Part shown: one piece after another, positions 45,341 through 48,109 of the stretch
Layout: every line of letters begins with the position of its first letter
Position numbering within the stretch: position 1 is the first letter of the stretch
Assembly: GCA_045658725.1 (NCBI GenBank)
Contig: JAZOVN010000283.1
Span: 1 to 48,109, forward strand
Reading direction: 5' to 3'
DNA: 48,109 bases
From: Acutalibacteraceae bacterium
Lineage (GTDB): Bacteria; Bacillota; Clostridia; Oscillospirales; Acutalibacteraceae
The notes under the pieces: generated by a model
Told to the model about the DNA's origin: nothing
The model's database searches: none
The model's input: only the letters and a program-made list of their open reading frames with translations
Position numbers and translations under genes: made by a program

Positions 45341-46825
45341 ATGAACAACACCTTTTTCTGCGCAAGAGAAAACGGCAAGCTTCACCGCCCCAGAACCATT
45401 CTGACGGGCTTCGGCTTCATGGCTTCTTCAATTGCGTGGGCAATCTATGACCCCTACATCACCAAAATTCTTGAAAGACTGCTTAACGCTTCCGCAATGG
45501 TAACAGAGTGGAGTGCCAAGCTTAACGAAATGTTCCCCGTTCTTGCAAAATTTGCGGAATCGCAGGGTGAAAATGTTGTTACCGAAGCAGGCGGCATAAC
45601 TCTTGTTCCGCTTTTCATCGGTATCATTATGACCTTTGATAACATTTTTGGTGTTATCTTCCAGCCGACATTCGGCAAGCTTTCAGACAGATGTCATTCA
45701 AAGCTCGGCAAACGCCGTCCCTTTATTGTTTTCGGTGCACCCGTGTCTGCATTCCTTTTTGCTGTTATTCCCTGGGTTGCACTCTCAAATTCGCTTTCCC
45801 TCACAATGCTCTTCATCATCCTTTTTGTTTTCTCAATGTCACTCTGGAGAGCACCTTGCGTTGCACTTATGCCCGCCCTCACTCCTCCCTCACTTCGCAG
45901 TGAAGGTAACGCAATCATCAACCTTATGGGCGGTGTCGGTTCAGCAATCGGTATGTTTGCAGGTACAATCGTAGGTCTTATTTATACCGGATTCACAGGT
46001 GTAAAAATCACAACCGAAAACGAGCAGATTGCATTCCCCTATGTTTTCCTTACCGGTGCAATTGTTATGATAATCGGTATGCTCGTTGTTCTCTTCTTTG
46101 TTAAAGAGCCTTCAAGCAAGCTCGAATCAGTTGCAGAGCGCAACAAGGCAATGGATGAAGCCGCAAGAGCAAAGGCAGAAAAAGATGCACAGAAAGCAGC
46201 ACAGAAAGCACAGAAGCTTTCAGGTTCCGAAAGAAAGAGCCTTATCTTCATGCTTGGCGGTCTTTTCTTCCTCTTCTGCGGTACTAACGCAATCACAACC
46301 TTCTTTGCACTCTTTGCAGCAGAGGTTCTCGGTAAAACAACTTCAGAAGCTACTATCATGACAACTCTTTTTGCTGTTTGTTCTGCAATTGCTGCAATTC
46401 CTGCAGGCTACATGGGCAAGAAAATCGGCAGAAAGAAAACAATCCTTCTCGGTCTTGCCGCATTCATGGGAGCATTCCTCCTTTATATCCTGACAAAGAG
46501 TTCCGCTGTTATCTGGGTTGTTCTTGTTCTCGGCGGCTTTGCCAACATGTTTATTACAGTTAACACCCTTCCTCTTGTTCTTGAAATCGGCGGTATTGAT
46601 AAGGTTGGTACATTCACAGGATATTATTACACAGCAACCTTCTCCGCACAGATTGCTTCACCCATCATTTACGGTATTGTCCGTATGCTTTCGGGAACAT
46701 ATATGTCGCTGTTTGTTTACAGCCCCGTTATGTTCATGCTCAGCATTCTTTGCATCCTCTTCGTCAAGCACGGCGAGGCTGTTCCTGATGCGATTGTGAA
46801 GGAAGCACAGGAAGCAAACGACTAA
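45341..46825 (+). CDS. MFS sugar transporter (GPH/SLC45-like)
   Basis: IMTFDN, QPTFGKLSDR, GKRRPFI, RAPCVALMP, NAIINLMGG, GTFTGYYY. Confidence 0.88.
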   Translation: MNNTFFCARENGKLHRPRTILTGFGFMASSIAWAIYDPYITKILERLLNASAMVTEWSAKLNEMFPVLAKFAESQGENVVTEAGGITLVPLFIGIIMTFDNIFGVIFQPTFGKLSDRCHSKLGKRRPFIVFGAPVSAFLFAVIPWVALSNSLSLTMLFIILFVFSMSLWRAPCVALMPALTPPSLRSEGNAIINLMGGVGSAIGMFAGTIVGLIYTGFTGVKITTENEQIAFPYVFLTGAIVMIIGMLVVLFFVKEPSSKLESVAERNKAMDEAARAKAEKDAQKAAQKAQKLSGSERKSLIFMLGGLFFLFCGTNAITTFFALFAAEVLGKTTSEATIMTTLFAVCSAIAAIPAGYMGKKIGRKKTILLGLAAFMGAFLLYILTKSSAVIWVVLVLGGFANMFITVNTLPLVLEIGGIDKVGTFTGYYYTATFSAQIASPIIYGIVRMLSGTYMSLFVYSPVMFMLSILCILFVKHGEAVPDAIVKEAQEAND

Positions 46826-46905
46826 GAAATCTCCCGTCGGATGCGAAGCACTGCGGTATCCGCAACCGCAAGGCGGAATATCCGGCAACACATACATCCT
46901 TCTAT

Positions 46906-46950
46906 AAGTCGAAGGCACCGTTTGACGGTGCCTTCGGCTTTTTTCTTTTT
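46906..46950 (+). terminator. Intrinsic terminator
   Basis: CGAAGGCACCGT-TTG-ACGGTGCCTTCG plus T-run. Confidence 0.8.
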
Positions 46951-47013
46951 TATTTGTTGCCATATCCGCAGATATATGGTAAAATAATATAAATACAGCT
47001 TGGAGGTAATACT

Positions 47014-48045
47014 ATGATAGTTAAAAATAATTTCGGCACAACCGCAGACGGCAGAGCGGTTGATTGCTATACTCTTAAAAATTCTTCTGAAACAGCGGTT
47101 GATATCATTACCTACGGTGCAACCGTCAACAGCATTTATGTTGCAGATAAAGACGGCGTTTTTGCCGATGTGCTTGCAGGCTTCGACACAATCGACGGTC
47201 ACGAAAACCATTCCGACTATGAAGGTATGACTGTCGGCAGATATGCAAACCGCATTGCAAACGGAAAATTCAGCATTGACGGTGTTGAGTATGAGGTTGA
47301 AAAGAATGAAAAAGGCATAACCTGCCTTCATGGCGGTGCGGAGCTTTCAACTGCAGTGTGGAAGGCTATCATTATTGACGATAATTCTCTTGAAATGAGC
47401 TACACAAGTCCTGACGGAGCAATGGGCTTCCCCGGTAAGGTTGATTTCAGAGTTGTTTTCACTCTGCATGAAGATAATGCACTCAAGATTGAATATAACG
47501 CAGTCAGCGACAAAAAGACAGTTATCAACATGACAAACCATGCATATTTCAATCTTGCAGGTAAGGGCGATGTGCTCGGTCATGAACTTATGATTAATGC
47601 CGATGCATATACTCCGATTGACGAAAACAGCATTCCCACGGGTGAAATCAGACTCGTTGAGGGAACTCCCTTTGATTTCAGACAGTCAAAGGCTATCGGC
47701 AGAGATATCGCTGCGGATGATGATCAGATTAAAATCGGCAGGGGATATGACCATAATTTCTGCCTCAATGAGGGTGACGGCCCTGCAGCGGTTGCATATG
47801 ACCCCGAAAGCGGCAGAATGCTTGAAGTATTCACAGACCTTTGCGGTGTTCAGCTTTATACGGGCAATTTCCTTGACGGAACAATAATCGGCAAAAAGGG
47901 TAATCCGCTCATTCAGCATGCAGGCTTCTGCCTTGAAACGCAGTATTACCCCAATACACCCAATATGCCTGAATTTCCGCAGTGCACATTTGATGCAGGC
48001 GAAAAGTTCAGATCATGCACTGTTTTCAGATTTTCTGTCAAATAA
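47014..48045 (+). CDS. galM: Aldose 1-epimerase (galactose mutarotase)
   Basis: VGRYANRI, LHGG, NMTNHAYFNL, GYDHNF, QLYTGNFL, GFCLETQYYP. Confidence 0.95.
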   Translation: MIVKNNFGTTADGRAVDCYTLKNSSETAVDIITYGATVNSIYVADKDGVFADVLAGFDTIDGHENHSDYEGMTVGRYANRIANGKFSIDGVEYEVEKNEKGITCLHGGAELSTAVWKAIIIDDNSLEMSYTSPDGAMGFPGKVDFRVVFTLHEDNALKIEYNAVSDKKTVINMTNHAYFNLAGKGDVLGHELMINADAYTPIDENSIPTGEIRLVEGTPFDFRQSKAIGRDIAADDDQIKIGRGYDHNFCLNEGDGPAAVAYDPESGRMLEVFTDLCGVQLYTGNFLDGTIIGKKGNPLIQHAGFCLETQYYPNTPNMPEFPQCTFDAGEKFRSCTVFRFSVK

Positions 48046-48109
48046 TTAATTGTTTGTTCATTATTGCGGCTTAAATGTAACAAATAATTATTGCTCAATT
48101 CATAAATTT

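Noticed and set aside
46826-46905. Cluster of tiny hairpins after the MFS gene as a possible ncRNA
   Set aside because: Stems are only 4-5 bp, there is no promoter and no recognisable family motif; could be a decayed repeat.

Overview
Core-chromosome window from a spore-forming Clostridia bacterium, probably Oscillospirales (inferred from gene content and order). It spans the rpmH/dnaA divergence, where gene orientation switches from mostly minus to all plus, suggesting the replication origin. Contents: two tandem secreted alpha/beta-hydrolases; GH31 plus MFS; a T-box-controlled aspS-gatA-gatB operon; DUF2804 plus patB; GH42; an MBOAT/DHHW/lipoprotein acylation cluster; ylbJ and yqfCD; preQ1-queT; uvrC-rsmD-coaD; rpsF-ssb-rpsR; rpmH-rnpA-yidD-yidC-jag; dnaA-ftsY-rdgB-yhbY; smpB-tmRNA; two DUF4474 proteins; a sortase-type surface protein; MFS and galM. 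I saw no CRISPR array, prophage, integrase or transposase. The best candidate for an undescribed system is the tRNA-dependent amidation operon: GatC is fused to a non-discriminating-type AspRS, and GatA is truncated and has lost its amidase catalytic motifs, suggesting a glutaminase-dead, ammonia-fed transamidosome. Also notable: DnaA with altered DNA-recognition residues, no DnaA boxes beside it and no dnaN; a surface protein with two classical-type CCHC zinc fingers; a PatB-peroxiredoxin-like fusion; terminator-associated MITE-like elements sharing ends but carrying different cargo; a preQ1-I riboswitch with an inserted helix; and a tmRNA with an aberrant T-arm. All family calls come from motif recognition by eye; no searches were run.
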